A DNA stretch of 64,000 nt, taken from contig OZ316894.1 of assembly GCA_973895155.1 (NCBI GenBank), positions 16,724,216-16,788,215 on the forward strand. The letters run 5' to 3'. A program made the position numbers and the translations under genes. A model generated the notes under the pieces. That model saw nothing but the letters and a program-made list of their open reading frames with translations. It was not told where the DNA came from and searched no databases. Positions 1-11,805 of this stretch are shown here, in pieces (position 1 is the stretch's first letter; each line of letters begins with the position of its first letter). This DNA is from Marsupella aquatica. Its lineage: Eukaryota > Plantae > Marchantiophyta.

Positions 1-6
1 TTGTAG

Positions 7-3000
7 CTGCTGGATTATTCGCTTGGACATAATGACTCGGCTTTGTTCAGACGTGCCCAATTAAAGGCCTTAGTGTCAATTCACGGGGCAGAGGTATGAC
101 TCCTGACAATGAACTTTCTAATTCTATATACTATGACTATGAATTTCTCGAATGATTCATTTGCTTCTGAGAGAAACTTGTAGTGTGTGACTGTACATAG
201 AGCGAGGCAAGCTCTCGAAGGATTTTTGTTGGTGGCAAATATGGCTTTTACTTGTTTGTAACAAGCGGGTCTGGAAAAGGCGATTCAACAGTAGAGTGGA
301 GGATAATGCTCTGTAGATGAGTTTATTAACCAATAATTAGCGATCGTCTCTGTACCCATTCTCAAACTGTTTAGTATAGGTGTGTTTGAATGCAGTTTCA
401 TGTTGTGTGACTGCTCCCACATGACTTACATTCTGTTGAGCGTTTTGAAGACGTCATTTGGAATACATTCCTTACCCGGAGGCTTGCTGCATCCTGTGTC
501 ATCAAACTAGGCTGGCAAAGGGGGTGAGCTGACCCATGACGAAACTACGATTATCAGTGGCGCTTTGGACCTGACCGAGAAGGTCAGCTTGCCAAATGGC
601 AGTGAGTGGTGCCTTGACTCTTTTATGGTTTACGTTGTTACATATAGTCCATCCGTTAAAATTCTCCTCAGTGCGATGGATTTTAGGGGTGGCTTATATG
701 GCTAGAAACTAACAGGGCATTTGCACATATGTCGAGAGTTAAGGGTCTTGGCCTAGAAACTATGTTCTTGATTATGAAGGTCAGCGTGACGTAGTTCACT
801 GCTTGAATTGTGTGATGGAATGATCTATCGCGTCCAGCGGCTGGGGCCTTGTCGAGCACATACATGTAGCGCAATAACTCTAAGTGTATTTCAGGAAAGA
901 GACGTTAGTGCCGTCTGGTAGATGTAAAGCTATTCAGTTGCTTTGGAAGTATCCAGAACATTTACTGGCGGATCTCCCATTGCAGACAGCTGAGGAGGCT
1001 ATGACGCCCATTGAATCAACGTTCTCCATAGACGTGAACTCTAAGTTGGATTGGTATGTTATGTACTTCCTAACCGAATTTTCTGAGAAGCTGAGGTTGG
1101 CCCATACGTTCCAAAGTGATTTAACCGGACGTGGTGTCCAGCCATGATCCATAACAGAGTTAAAATGCGATGGAGGGTACCAGTGTGATGTTTGCATCCC
1201 TACCTTCTCTATACTGATGATTCTATTCAACTTTGTCGGTCAGGGAAGCCATGGGTAAAATTCTTGCTCGGGGTCATAGTCGGGTCCCAGTGTACGATGG
1301 GAATCCACGGAATATAATTGGTTTATTGTTGGTGAGTATCTCCACTGCCGAGTTATTTGACAGAAGTAACCGGAGGATTAAGCCTTCTTATTAATGCTTT
1401 ATGCAATAGTCTATTTTTGGGGTGGTAGTTTGTGACATCATTACATGTCACAAGCGCCTCCCGTACCTTCTTATATTAGTGAGGACTTTTAATTAAACTA
1501 TGGATGAACTTAACAGGTGAAGAGCCTTTTGACAGTTCGTGCAGAGGCTGAGACTCCTGTTAGTGCTGTTTCTATAAGGAAGATTCCAAGGTATGATCTT
1601 TCTTTTGCTGCCGCCGGCTCTCTGGGTACCAGGGGTTGATTTACATAACATATTTGGGTGTGTTTATTGACCGAGAGACTCTCATTCTAGGTGACTCTAG
1701 GTAATTATTGACCGTAACCATCCTGTTTATACGGGTTGAAGCCTTGGGGTTACATGACTTCTTCATTTCTTTTCTTTGTGATTAAATTGTACATCCAAGG
1801 CTCAATTTTGGAGACGCTTGTTGGCACTGACAGTTGTGTTTGAACAGAAGAAGCCAACCTGGACAGCTGAATCTATCAAAATTAGATGTAACAACAAAAT
1901 GGATAAATGCTGGATGCTTAGAAGGCTCCTAATAGCATAAGGGTTGTTTCCAATTTGCAGAGTCCCAGCAGATTTACCTCTCTACGACATGTTGAATGAA
2001 TTTCAAAAGGGAAGCAGTCACATGGCAGCTGTTGTGAAGACTAAAAATAAGCGAAAGCCACCTAAACGAAGTAGTCTTGCAGAATCATTTTTTCCAGGGG
2101 ATGATAAGAAATCTCCTAAGCATTGGGAGAGAAAAGGTCCCAAAAAGGATTTGGGAGCTGACGTTGAGAAAGGTCAGGTGGAGATTAGCGTTGTCCCACA
2201 AAATAATAGCGGTGGCCCGACTGCAGATAATCAATATGCAGGTTCAGGAATTTCTGAGGGTCACAACCTCAAGGTTGATAATCAGGAAATGCCAGAAAAA
2301 CGGGAGGATAGCAATGCCCAAAATTCTGGAATCGGAGGAGATGACGTAGAAGAGGGAGAAGTGATAGGCATCATCACAATGGAAGATGTAATCGAGGAAC
2401 TTCTTCAAGTAAGTGGGACAGAAAGCCCTGTCATTGCAAGGAGCATTCTCCATCCAATTCCACGAATAGTTGTACTTTTCTGAGGTCAAGATAGGCATCG
2501 ATATATATATGTATAATGGATAGTAACGAGGTATATTATGTTTCTGCAGGAAGAGATAGTTGATGAGACTGATGAGTATGTCGACGTTCATAACAGGTAC
2601 GATTCAAGTTGCCGTGTGAATGAGTTCTGTTTTGGCTTGTTGGAAATGAACTGGGAATCAGGTCTCTGTACTATTCCCATAATATTCTAAAGAAGCCGAC
2701 TGGGTTTAGAACTGGAATGTTTTTGTTGTCATTATGCTAGTACAATCAATTTCCATCTCGACCTTTTCTTTTGTCATCATGCTATTACAACTCCTTTCCA
2801 TCCCGACCTATTTGGCGAGCAGTCGGAAGCCCAGTGTTGTATGACCCATCGTCACAGGGAGGCGTGCGTAGTGTTGAGCTCAACTTCATGGACCAAATGT
2901 ATGGTATTTAGGTCTGTTCAATGATTTGTCAGATGCCAAATTGGCTTTTTGCTAAAGTTACTCGTCGTGACCATGGAATTTAGTTTTTTTTTTCATGGGA

Positions 3001-3721
3001 GTCATAATTTAAACTCCTTTCATGAAGTTAAACGTTTCGGTAACCCATACAAATGCACAACTTTGTGTTATTGCCTCTCAGCCTAAGAATCGGCACCATC
3101 TGCATTTTAGGAAAGGGAACATGTTTTTGGTTTTTACTTTGTATGGGAGGTAATTGACCTGTGGTATCCAGTCACGTCCAAGCATCTTAAGTTTGAGCGA
3201 GCCCTCTAATTGGTAGACTTTTATGCTATCCTTGATCACAAGAAATACAAATGTCATGTTGGGTGCATGCTCGGGCGTATCCTTGTGTCCAACTCAATTC
3301 AATTGATTGTGGTCTTCAGGATTCGAGTGGCTGCAGCGGCAGCAACCATGTCACGGGCGAGTTCATGGATGCAACGTGAAGGCACAAATAGGGTATGCTT
3401 TCCGTACTTCTTCTTGGTTGCTTTACTTCATGTATTGGCCACGTGCTTATTTTTTTGTGTTGTTGTGAATCTGTTCTCATCGCTAGAAGTCCTAAATGTT
3501 TTTCTCGGGGGCAATTGAAGCTCTTCCGGTCTCTTCTAGTCCATGTCTCATGCGGTATACTGTTGTTGTAGTTTGGCTCGTTCAAGGATGGAAGCAAGAT
3601 TCGATATACAGCTGTTGATACGACGAGACGTGAAGGGGGTGTAGTCGCAGGACCTACGGATTCTTTAAGACAACCGTTACTTGCACCCAAAGTAACAGTA
3701 GTGGAGGAGGAAGATGTCTGA
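7..3721 (+). CDS. DUF21/CBS-domain (CNNM-like) membrane protein; 5' part lies upstream of the window. Exons about 7-93, 511-582, 986-1053, 1244-1331, 1517-1590, 1961-2408, 2550-2596, 3320-3392, 3572-3721
   Basis: GT-AG exons join in frame to [93 protein letters not shown]...[27 protein letters not shown]...[40 protein letters not shown], the conserved plant DUF21-CBS pattern. The last exon ends ...[18 protein letters not shown](TGA 3719-3721). Confidence 0.93.
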
Positions 3722-4399
3722 CCATTGGGAGTTCTGATTCCGGCAAAATTATACCTATAGAAAATACACCATCACCTAGATTGTTACGAGAATTGGTTAG
3801 CTTGTGGGGCTGTTCCTGGCTGTTGAAAATTATAAGTAGGGACATGTTATTTACTTGCATCTTGCCGATAGTTTTACACAAACGAAGCGCCTCCACTGTA
3901 TTCTGGTTGAGATAAAAACAGGTTCACATGTTGACATGGCCGGCCAACTAATAATTTTGAATCCAGGATCGGGTCCTTACAAGTATGAATGGAATTTTCG
4001 TTCGTTCTAGTTTTTCCCTCGTTGGTTTGTTTGATGCTATGATCGTTTGCCTTCTTCCTAAATTTAACTATTTCTGGTATCAGATGAGAACATTTGATCT
4101 TGGTAATCGTTGCTACCAAATAGAAATCGTGAAGCCCACATTGGCACTAAATACGTTTAGTTTAACCAAAGTTGTTCAAGATCATGATTACTGTATGGCT
4201 ATTTACAGCTCGCACACCTGGTACGCATCCAGAGGCCGGTGACTTTCTCTCGAGGAATGCTTAAAACGAAGCCACTGGTTTGTTTATGCTCCCAAATTCA
4301 TGCTTCACCAAATTGTTCGGATCCCTGATGACTTGAGTCCACTCAATGCCCTTCATGACTTTTCACTTTGTAGCTGTATTTTTTCATGCAGAAGAATAC

Positions 4400-4780
4400 A
4401 CATGGAAAAGAAAGCACTCAAAATTACAAAGAGAAAAACCAGAAACCTTAAGAAAATAGTTACGCCCTGTTGAGGAATGCTGATGAAAAAGAAAGCACCA
4501 AAAAGTACAACGAGAAAACTCAAGAAGGGCTCTTGGGCCGGGTCTTGGGCCTACAAAGCATTAAAGGCCATGACTCTCTAAAATGTCTTGGGCCTACAAA
4601 GCATTGTGGGCTATGACTCCTTAAAATGTGAAGTCTTTTGCTTAGAACAGCATTGTCCCTGTTTACAAACAATATGGGTCAAAATTCCCAAGTGAAGTAT
4701 TAGCTCAAGAGCGCATTATGGGCTACAAAACATCATAGGACATGACTCCCCCAAAAGCGAAGTCTTTAGCTCAAATAATA
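4400..4780. repeat. Degenerate short tandem/near-tandem repeats
   Basis: Recurring units such as TTGGGCCTACAAAGCATT...ATGACTC...AAAATGT, and two copies of AAAAGAAAGCAC...AAA(T/G)TACAA.GAGAAAA. Confidence 0.5.
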
Positions 4781-5689
4781 GTCCCCCACTCCATGTAATT
4801 CTACGATGTTTCAGCTTTTGCCAATGCGTTGCAATGACGTTGAGGACTGGCAATATCATTTTTGATAGTGTCTATTGTGTGCAAGTCGACAATCAATTTC
4901 CCAGGTAGGGACACAGGTATACTGCAACTGTTTGAAGTTCTGATTACATGATTGTGTTTATGGTGATTTTCATGCACTATGGAATGCTCTTGTATGGAAT
5001 GCATGGTACAAGTCACTCGTATATAGTAGCGACATAGATAGCAGTTGGTAGATTTTTTTCCTCTATTTTACACATTGAAGGTAGACAGAGAGTTTCATTG
5101 ATAGCTTCCATCAATTTCAGTAAGCACATCATGGTAAAGTGTGCTATTATATAATAATATGACACCACAAGGAAGACAACCATGTATTGAATGCTATGCG
5201 AGTCAATGGTCTCATGCGACATGTTTTGATCTCATTCGTTAATGCTTGTAGCACGTCATTGATTGATGAGTTTTCGTGGGCTATTTTGTAGACCCACAAT
5301 CATTAAAATGGCTTGAAGAATTCGTTATGTCTCATATCTAGTCACTAAAATATCGGGTACAGTATCTCCTACACTCAATTAACCATTTCAACTTGAATCA
5401 TAAAAAATGACACCACTATTGATGTCATAGCTAAGAAGACTCCAAGTCAAATGGGAACACAAGTCATAGCTAAAGTGTCACAAACAGTGAAAGGGAGCCA
5501 TTTTTTAGAGTCATAATATGGGGGTATTCTATTGTTGTTCGTGATCTTGTGTGGGATGCTAGTGCCTAGATCCTCTCAGGGACTTTGGTATAGGTGAGGG
5601 CACAGGGTGGGATTTGATTTGTCTGGTACTCCACCACAAAGATTACAAGTTGAACTTTCCGTGCAACAACATGGCAAACTGGGTGGTAA

Positions 5690-6260
5690 GCATCCCTAGC
5701 TGATGTTGTAATAGTAAAGATAGTGACATCACAAGCAGGGGCAGCAACAACAGGGGCTACAATGACAAAAGATAGGAAATATGCAGCATCAGGTAGCGTC
5801 CCCCACTTTGCTATTGAGATATTTTGGAGACACCATCATTAGTTTGATGGCCTCCTTTGGCAAATCATCATTGGGACAGCGGCAACAACGGCAGGGGCAG
5901 CAGCATCACATGCGGCAACAAAGAAGGAGGCCAAATATGCTGCACGAGCTTCATCCGATAGCTTCCTCCCCCTTGCTCTGGAGCTATTTGGGCATCTTCA
6001 TCCTCAGTTTGATGGGCTTCTTCGGCAAGCTGCCCGGGATGTTCATGGCCGAATGGATCCCACCGGGCCTCCGCTTTCTGTTTTGACCACGCACTTTTGC
6101 CAACGCATTTCAGTCACCTTACAACGTGCTCAAGCTCGGGCCATCTATCGTCGATCTCTTACAGTGGGTGCTAGTGTGCCTCCGCATCGGCTAGCTCCCG
6201 TAGAGGATGTTCCAATCCCACTTGCTGATCTAGTTTTGACCCTTGATGTGGACCATTAGC
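5690..6260 (+). mobile_element. 3' relic of a non-LTR retrotransposon with a restriction-like endonuclease (CRE-like clade), two partial diverged copies in tandem
   Basis: Frame from 5879 reads AATTAGAAASHAATKKEAKYAARASSDSFLPLALELFGHLHPQFDGLLRQAAR...HFCQRISVTLQRAQARAI, matching the K..KY / F.P.A.E..G / QR.S..LQR C-terminal pattern of RLE-type LINEs. A diverged copy at about 5725-5866 is preceded by LADVVIV. A T-rich tail follows at about 6300-6480. Confidence 0.65.
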
Positions 6261-7089
6261 TTTTTGCCACATTCGCTAGGAATGATGAGGACCTCGGTCC
6301 ATTTGGGTTAGTTTTAGTCTGTCTTTCTTGGTTTTTAGGGGTTCCCTATTGCTCATTTCTTACTTTTAGTTCCTCTTTCTTGGTGTTTAGTGGTTCCCTT
6401 TTGCTCACTTCTTTTATGTTTGGTTTTGTCCACTGGACCCTCTTTTGTTTGTTCATTTGTACTCTGTTTGGTCCCTTTGTATATAAAAAGTGTATATTTC
6501 ATCATTTGGCAAACAACTATTGACTTTGACTTACAGGACCACCGCTTCACATTTTGACAAAGCACTTTTGTGAGCAAATTTCACAACTTACTCAACCCTG
6601 AGTGATCCATTGTAGATCTTTAAAAGTGGATACTAGGCCGCCTTAGTAGACTTGCCCCCTAGATTAAATCCATGTCCCACTTTGTATAGTTAGTTATGGC
6701 ACTAGACATGTAACATTAGATGGTCACACTATTATAATGTTATTAGGGGTTACTTTGCATTTGCCTTATGGTTCTGTTTTGCTTTTATTTGGATGTACTT
6801 TGTTTGGATTTTTTTAGTAAAATTGTTATTTGTCCTTTCCAAAAAGAAGAAAAGGTCAATCATATTGGTAGTGTATCATGTTCCCAGACTCACCAAAATA
6901 TACTATATATACCAGATTCAAGCATGCCTAGATTCAAGCCCAATTTTATTTGGATTTTATTTTCTGTTGTTTCAAATTATAGCATAATGTCATAAATAAT
7001 TACTCTACATTTTGAAAATAAAGCCAGGATGGATTCTCAAAGCTTGGATGGATTGTGGTAGAACATCTAAATAGACTCAAGTAGCATCT

Positions 7090-7370
7090 TTTACGGTTGA
7101 CTAAAATCTAGCCTATGAATGGGCTCATGAACATTGTAGCCGGTTTTATCAGTTCACTAGGTGGCAAGTTGTTTCTCATGCCCAAACTACTCAGGGAATC
7201 CTTCACAAAAATAAAGCATCCTTCCCAAAAGTGTTCATTTGCAAGTCATGTCCAAACTACTCAGAGTGTTCTCCACAAAAATGAAGTGTCTTTGACCATT
7301 TTTGTGCTTGTTGGAAATGCACTGGAAAAATAAGAGAACATGTTTGTAAAATTTGAGATTGGACAAAGAT
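7090..7370 (+). repeat. Dispersed repeat family A, copy 1 (internal roughly 70-bp duplicated unit CAAACTACTCA...TTCACAAAA)
   Basis: Shares CAAACTACTCAGGGA...TTCACAAAA...CATCCTTCCCAAAA and the upstream GGGCTCATGA block with the copies at about 15290 and 48450. Confidence 0.7.
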
Positions 7371-8248
7371 ACAAAAGCTGTTTAAAGTAATGCAACAAAT
7401 TTGGCAAAATTCAACAGTTCACAGGTGGTGGGGTGTTTGGAAAAAATACTGGAGGCCTACTTAACCAAATTGAATTAGCTTTCCAAAAGCAGTCTATCTT
7501 TTTTTGTGATGTAAATTGACATTGACTTTATGCAATCCATGGGATGGACAGAAAAGGGAAACCCAAGCCAGTATGGATCACCATGTTGGACAAGGTGCTC
7601 CCATGGACCACATTATGGTGTTCCAATGGATTTTGGGGCTCATAACTTGATGATTGTGAGTACTCAAATAATTACTAGCTTTGCACCTCCAAGGCAACTA
7701 GAGAAGAGGAGATGTAAAAAAAATCACAAGCCATTATGTTTCACATTAACAAGATGAAAATTAATCTAATGTAATTTACCCCTTACTTATTTTATGATAA
7801 AAAACTCAACCAAAATGGCCAGAAATTCACTCACTTTCATAAAGGTGTAGCTTACGTACTCCTCCAGCATGTCCCCAAACCTAAGGCATATTTCAATTCA
7901 TCCCTAGCAAGGTATTAAAATTAAACTCAAACTTTGAGAAATATGATCCATTGGCTTTCAAAGACCAACCTTGGGTTACATGGGGGTTTCAAATTCAAGA
8001 AAGGGCTTAATATTTATTAAAAAAAACGGTGCATCATTATTGAAATTTTAAATAACTACTGTAATTATTTCTTTGAAATTTGTCCCGACGAAAGTACTGT
8101 AAAATGTGTCCTATCCGGTACATACATTTTACCACAGGATTATGTGTACGGTAACCTGGGGCGCTCTGTTCTGTTCTGTCGTGTTCTGTGGTCTGACCCC
8201 ACGAATCGTCGTCGCGTCATCCCCCGTGATGTGTCGAGAGATTGACAG

Positions 8249-9343
8249 CCACGTCTTCGGCTATGGCGTAATCCAAAGCTCGGTCGAAACCTTCTTGTTG
8301 CAAGCTTTGTTTGGTCAATCAGAAGCGATGGGGAGGCCTTGCTGGCAGGAGTTCAGACCATTACCCGGATCGTCATTGGTCGTGGTGGGACACTGCCCAA
8401 TCCATCGAGGGCTCAACCGAGGAAGGTCATGAGAAGAAGCTCGAACCCCGGGGGTAACGACTGACGAGCATGAGAAGAAGCACATAGCAGAAAGAATAAT
8501 TGCAGATCTCTCATTGATGAGAAGTCGTCGTCGTCGTCGCAAGATTCGAAACCCGGATACAGAGGGTTCATTTATTACTGGCTCGATGATTGGGTATTGG
8601 GGTCTGGGTGTGGATAAATCCGAGGAATGTTAGAAAATTGGGAATCCCAAAGAACGACCCAGGTCGGTCCACATCGGTCAGGAGCAGAATTTACCGCGAG
8701 CACCAGCAAACCGCAATCCGCAATCCGCAATACGCGTGATTAAATTAATGGTTTCCGCCTTTCCTCGCTCGCTGATTCGCTACTGAAGCAGAGATAGCTC
8801 CATCCCCGATGGCCTACATAGTCCTGTAATAATCGAGCCCTCCTCCGCATGGCTGCGGGTGTAAAGGGGAGCGCCCAGAAGGCAGGAGCGCTCATGCCCG
8901 AAGCATGATATGGGGCACCGTCGGCAGCCGGGGCTTTACTTGTTTGAATCAGCGAACGTTCGCCTGTCCGTCATTATTATCGATCTCACGGAGTGAATCA
9001 TCTCCGCTAACCACGTCGACCAGAGCGAGAGCGAGCAACAGGATGCTTACAGGAGGGCACGGGAATTTGTGGTGAGAGTGATTTCAGGAACGTGTCTCGC
9101 TGTGACAGCGGATGCGTTCTGTGGAGAGTCGGAGAGGAAGAATGCACTGTTCGTACTCTGGTCATCCGGTTGTCTTGGAAGTTCCGGGGGGTTTGTTGGT
9201 CCAGCAGCCCATTAGGGAGGGGCCAGTGTTGTGTTGTCCCTGCAAACCACGTCTCGTTAAGAAAGAAAGTTGTACTACAGGATCGAGAAAGCACGGCGGT
9301 GGCTCCTGCACAGTGTTTTGTTCATTGGGAAAGATCCCACGTT
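8249..9343 (+). promoter_or_regulatory. Cluster of ACGT-core (G/C- and T/G-box-like) elements upstream of the RUP-like gene
   Basis: CCACGTC at 8249, 9011 and 9247; CACGTT at 9338. RUP genes are known HY5 (bZIP) targets, but function here is untested. Confidence 0.3.
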
Positions 9344-10092
9344 GCTGAAAATGTCTGCCTGAGGTCGGCTGTTGAGCATCCGGCATCCACCTTCACCAAC
9401 AATGGAATCCGGAGCTCGGTTGACTCTCGGAGCTTGCATTCGGCCGGGTGTGCAACACAGTTCTCTCGAGGGCATGCGCCAAGCTTGCTGAGTGATATAA
9501 CTATGGAGCAACATGCGCATCAGTGATTCAAGAAAAATGTCACACTTACTAGTCCATGCCGGGGGGCATGAGGGTGAGCCTGGCACATATTGCTCGGCCT
9601 TGTAACTGTCGCCACCACAGGGGTAGAGTATGGTACGCTTATGCGTCCTACTGTGATTTCCCGTCCATGCTTTTTCTCACAAATGTAGGTCCCATGAGCG
9701 GGAGAGTAATTCAAATGATGAAATGTTCTGGCGGAACGGATTTCTCTGCAGTCTCGATCGCCTATTTAGCGGCGAAATAGAAAAGTAGTACTTCCGTCGG
9801 AATCAATAGGGCGTCTTCAACCCGGGCGTACCATGTGCGTTACGGGAAACCACAATCGTCCATAAATTCAGGCGACAGGTTAACCTTGGCAACCCGATGC
9901 CGTAGACAACTTTGTTATCAGTCATCTGTTCCCTCAAGGGCACACCCTCAAATGGAAGCTAGAAAGGAAAGCTGTTATTTACTGCACGACGGTATCGTTC
10001 GGACCTCACCCGTCCACTAGGTTCCAGGCTCTTTGCATTCGCTATGGTTTTGCTGCTTGGTAGTCCCGCTACTCTCCTGCGGGCGAGTTGAC

Positions 10093-11805
10093 ATGATCAG
10101 TTCTTGTGAAGAGGCCAACGAGGGCAGCGGTCATCAGGTAGTGGAGTTCAGGAAAAGCACATCTAGACAGACTCGTAGAACCTTTGTTGTCAGTAAGAAT
10201 CGGAGGTTCCGCCTCCCGGTGTCGTGTGGACTTGCTGGGCGGCGGACCATGCCAGCTTTACCCTCGACTCTGACTGGATACAACTCTCAAATTGTTGAAT
10301 GGATGCATAGTAACTCCTGGAATTCCGAGCCCGATTTCCACTACTTCAAACGGCAGAAATTCATCTCCTGGTGCCAACGATCCCGTGTTTCAAGATCGCT
10401 GGCGGCCTCTCATGATAAAACCTCCTCGTTCTTTGAGAATTCTTCCTCGGTGTCAAAGATTTCAAAGACGACTGAAGACGTCATAGAGAACTCAGATCGA
10501 GGAACAGCGAGTACTATTTGGTTTGACCCGAACGAGAGAAAGCGGTCTCCAGACCAAAATGGAACTGATCCCATGCGATCCAAAAGGGAGAGAGGAATGC
10601 AAGGTGACGAAGGTTGGAAGTTCCGGGTCGTGGCGACGTCTAGATGCAGGAGCCCTTCTCTCCTGGCGTCGGACGTTATCTGTACAATTGACTTCAACCA
10701 GGATGGGAACCTTTTTGCCACTGGGGGCATTGCAAGGAAAATTCGCATCTGTTCTTACGAAAAAATGGTCAGTATGGATGAAGGGACTATTGAATCATCG
10801 GATGAGGACATCAGGCATGCCGACTCCTCAGATGAAGATGATGATCATGACCATCGGAAATCGTTGAGCAGAAGGCGGAGGATTTCACGTGCTCGCGACC
10901 ACGAATACGCAGCCGCAGGGCAAATTTGCACGCCGGGCAAGCTCAGTAGTTTGAAGTGGCGTCCAGATGGGTCAGAGGTGATAGGTTGTGGAGATTACGA
11001 CGGTGTCGTTATGGAGTGGAATCTTGAGCATGGGCACACAGTGAGTGAAAAGTATGAGCATTGTGGACAGCGAGTATGGAGTCTGGACTACAGCAGGGTG
11101 ACCCCAACCCTTTCGGCTTCAGCCTCGGCAGATGGAACCGTTCGTGTGTGGAGGACAGGAATAGATAAGAGCGTCTCCGTGCTGAGGCCAGGTGGAGGCA
11201 ATTCGGTCTGTTCAGTGGAATTTAGCCCGGTTGCAGATTATCTCATTGCCGCAGCCTCAGCGGACTCAAGCGTGTACTTGTATGATCTTCGGAATTCCGG
11301 GTTGCCGCTGCTGAAAATTGGTGGTCACGATAGGACAGTTAGTTATGTGCGGTTCCTGGGCAAGGATAAGCTAGTGTCGGCGTCTATCGATAGCACTTTG
11401 AAGCTGTGGGACATCTCAGCACCTTGGCGAGATGTTGAAGCCGACGATGGTCGACTGGTTGTGAAGCAGTCCTCACGTGATGACGGTGTTCTGCAACACC
11501 CCGTGAGAACATTCGGTGCACACACCAACGTTCGACATTTTGTAGGTCTCTCCATACACCGAGGTGCCAGCATCCTCGCATGTGGGTCTGAAACCAATGA
11601 GGTGTTCGCGTACAGAGATTCTTGTCCCCAACCCCTTCAAACTGTGAAGTTCCCAGACCAAAACCCAGGATACTACGGCACGGCAGGATATGCAAACCCC
11701 TATGCGTATGTAGGGGCAGTCTGCTGGCGTGAGCACGGTGACAAATACGCTCTCGTCGCAGCCAACTCGGAGGGCATCGTTCAAGTGTTAGAGGCGGCCA
11801 CCTAG
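10093..11805 (+). CDS. RUP: WD40 protein of the RUP (Repressor of UV-B Photomorphogenesis / EFO) type, intronless ORF; start codon uncertain (ATG at 10093, 10249, 10303 or 10573)
   Basis: SDVICTIDFNQDGNLFATGGIARKIRI, ICTPGKLSSLKWRP, IGCGDYDGVVMEW, EHCGQRVWSLDY, GHDRTVSYVRF, FVGLSI, GSETNEVF are RUP/COP1/SPA WD40 motifs. There is no RING, kinase or coiled coil, which points to RUP. Confidence 0.88.
   Translation: MISSCEEANEGSGHQVVEFRKSTSRQTRRTFVVSKNRRFRLPVSCGLAGRRTMPALPSTLTGYNSQIVEWMHSNSWNSEPDFHYFKRQKFISWCQRSRVSRSLAASHDKTSSFFENSSSVSKISKTTEDVIENSDRGTASTIWFDPNERKRSPDQNGTDPMRSKRERGMQGDEGWKFRVVATSRCRSPSLLASDVICTIDFNQDGNLFATGGIARKIRICSYEKMVSMDEGTIESSDEDIRHADSSDEDDDHDHRKSLSRRRRISRARDHEYAAAGQICTPGKLSSLKWRPDGSEVIGCGDYDGVVMEWNLEHGHTVSEKYEHCGQRVWSLDYSRVTPTLSASASADGTVRVWRTGIDKSVSVLRPGGGNSVCSVEFSPVADYLIAAASADSSVYLYDLRNSGLPLLKIGGHDRTVSYVRFLGKDKLVSASIDSTLKLWDISAPWRDVEADDGRLVVKQSSRDDGVLQHPVRTFGAHTNVRHFVGLSIHRGASILACGSETNEVFAYRDSCPQPLQTVKFPDQNPGYYGTAGYANPYAYVGAVCWREHGDKYALVAANSEGIVQVLEAAT

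Noticed and set aside
10033-11805. COP1 or SPA assignment for the WD40 gene
   Set aside because: No RING, kinase-like or coiled-coil region; ATGGIARKIR and ICTP.KLSSLKWRP are RUP-type.
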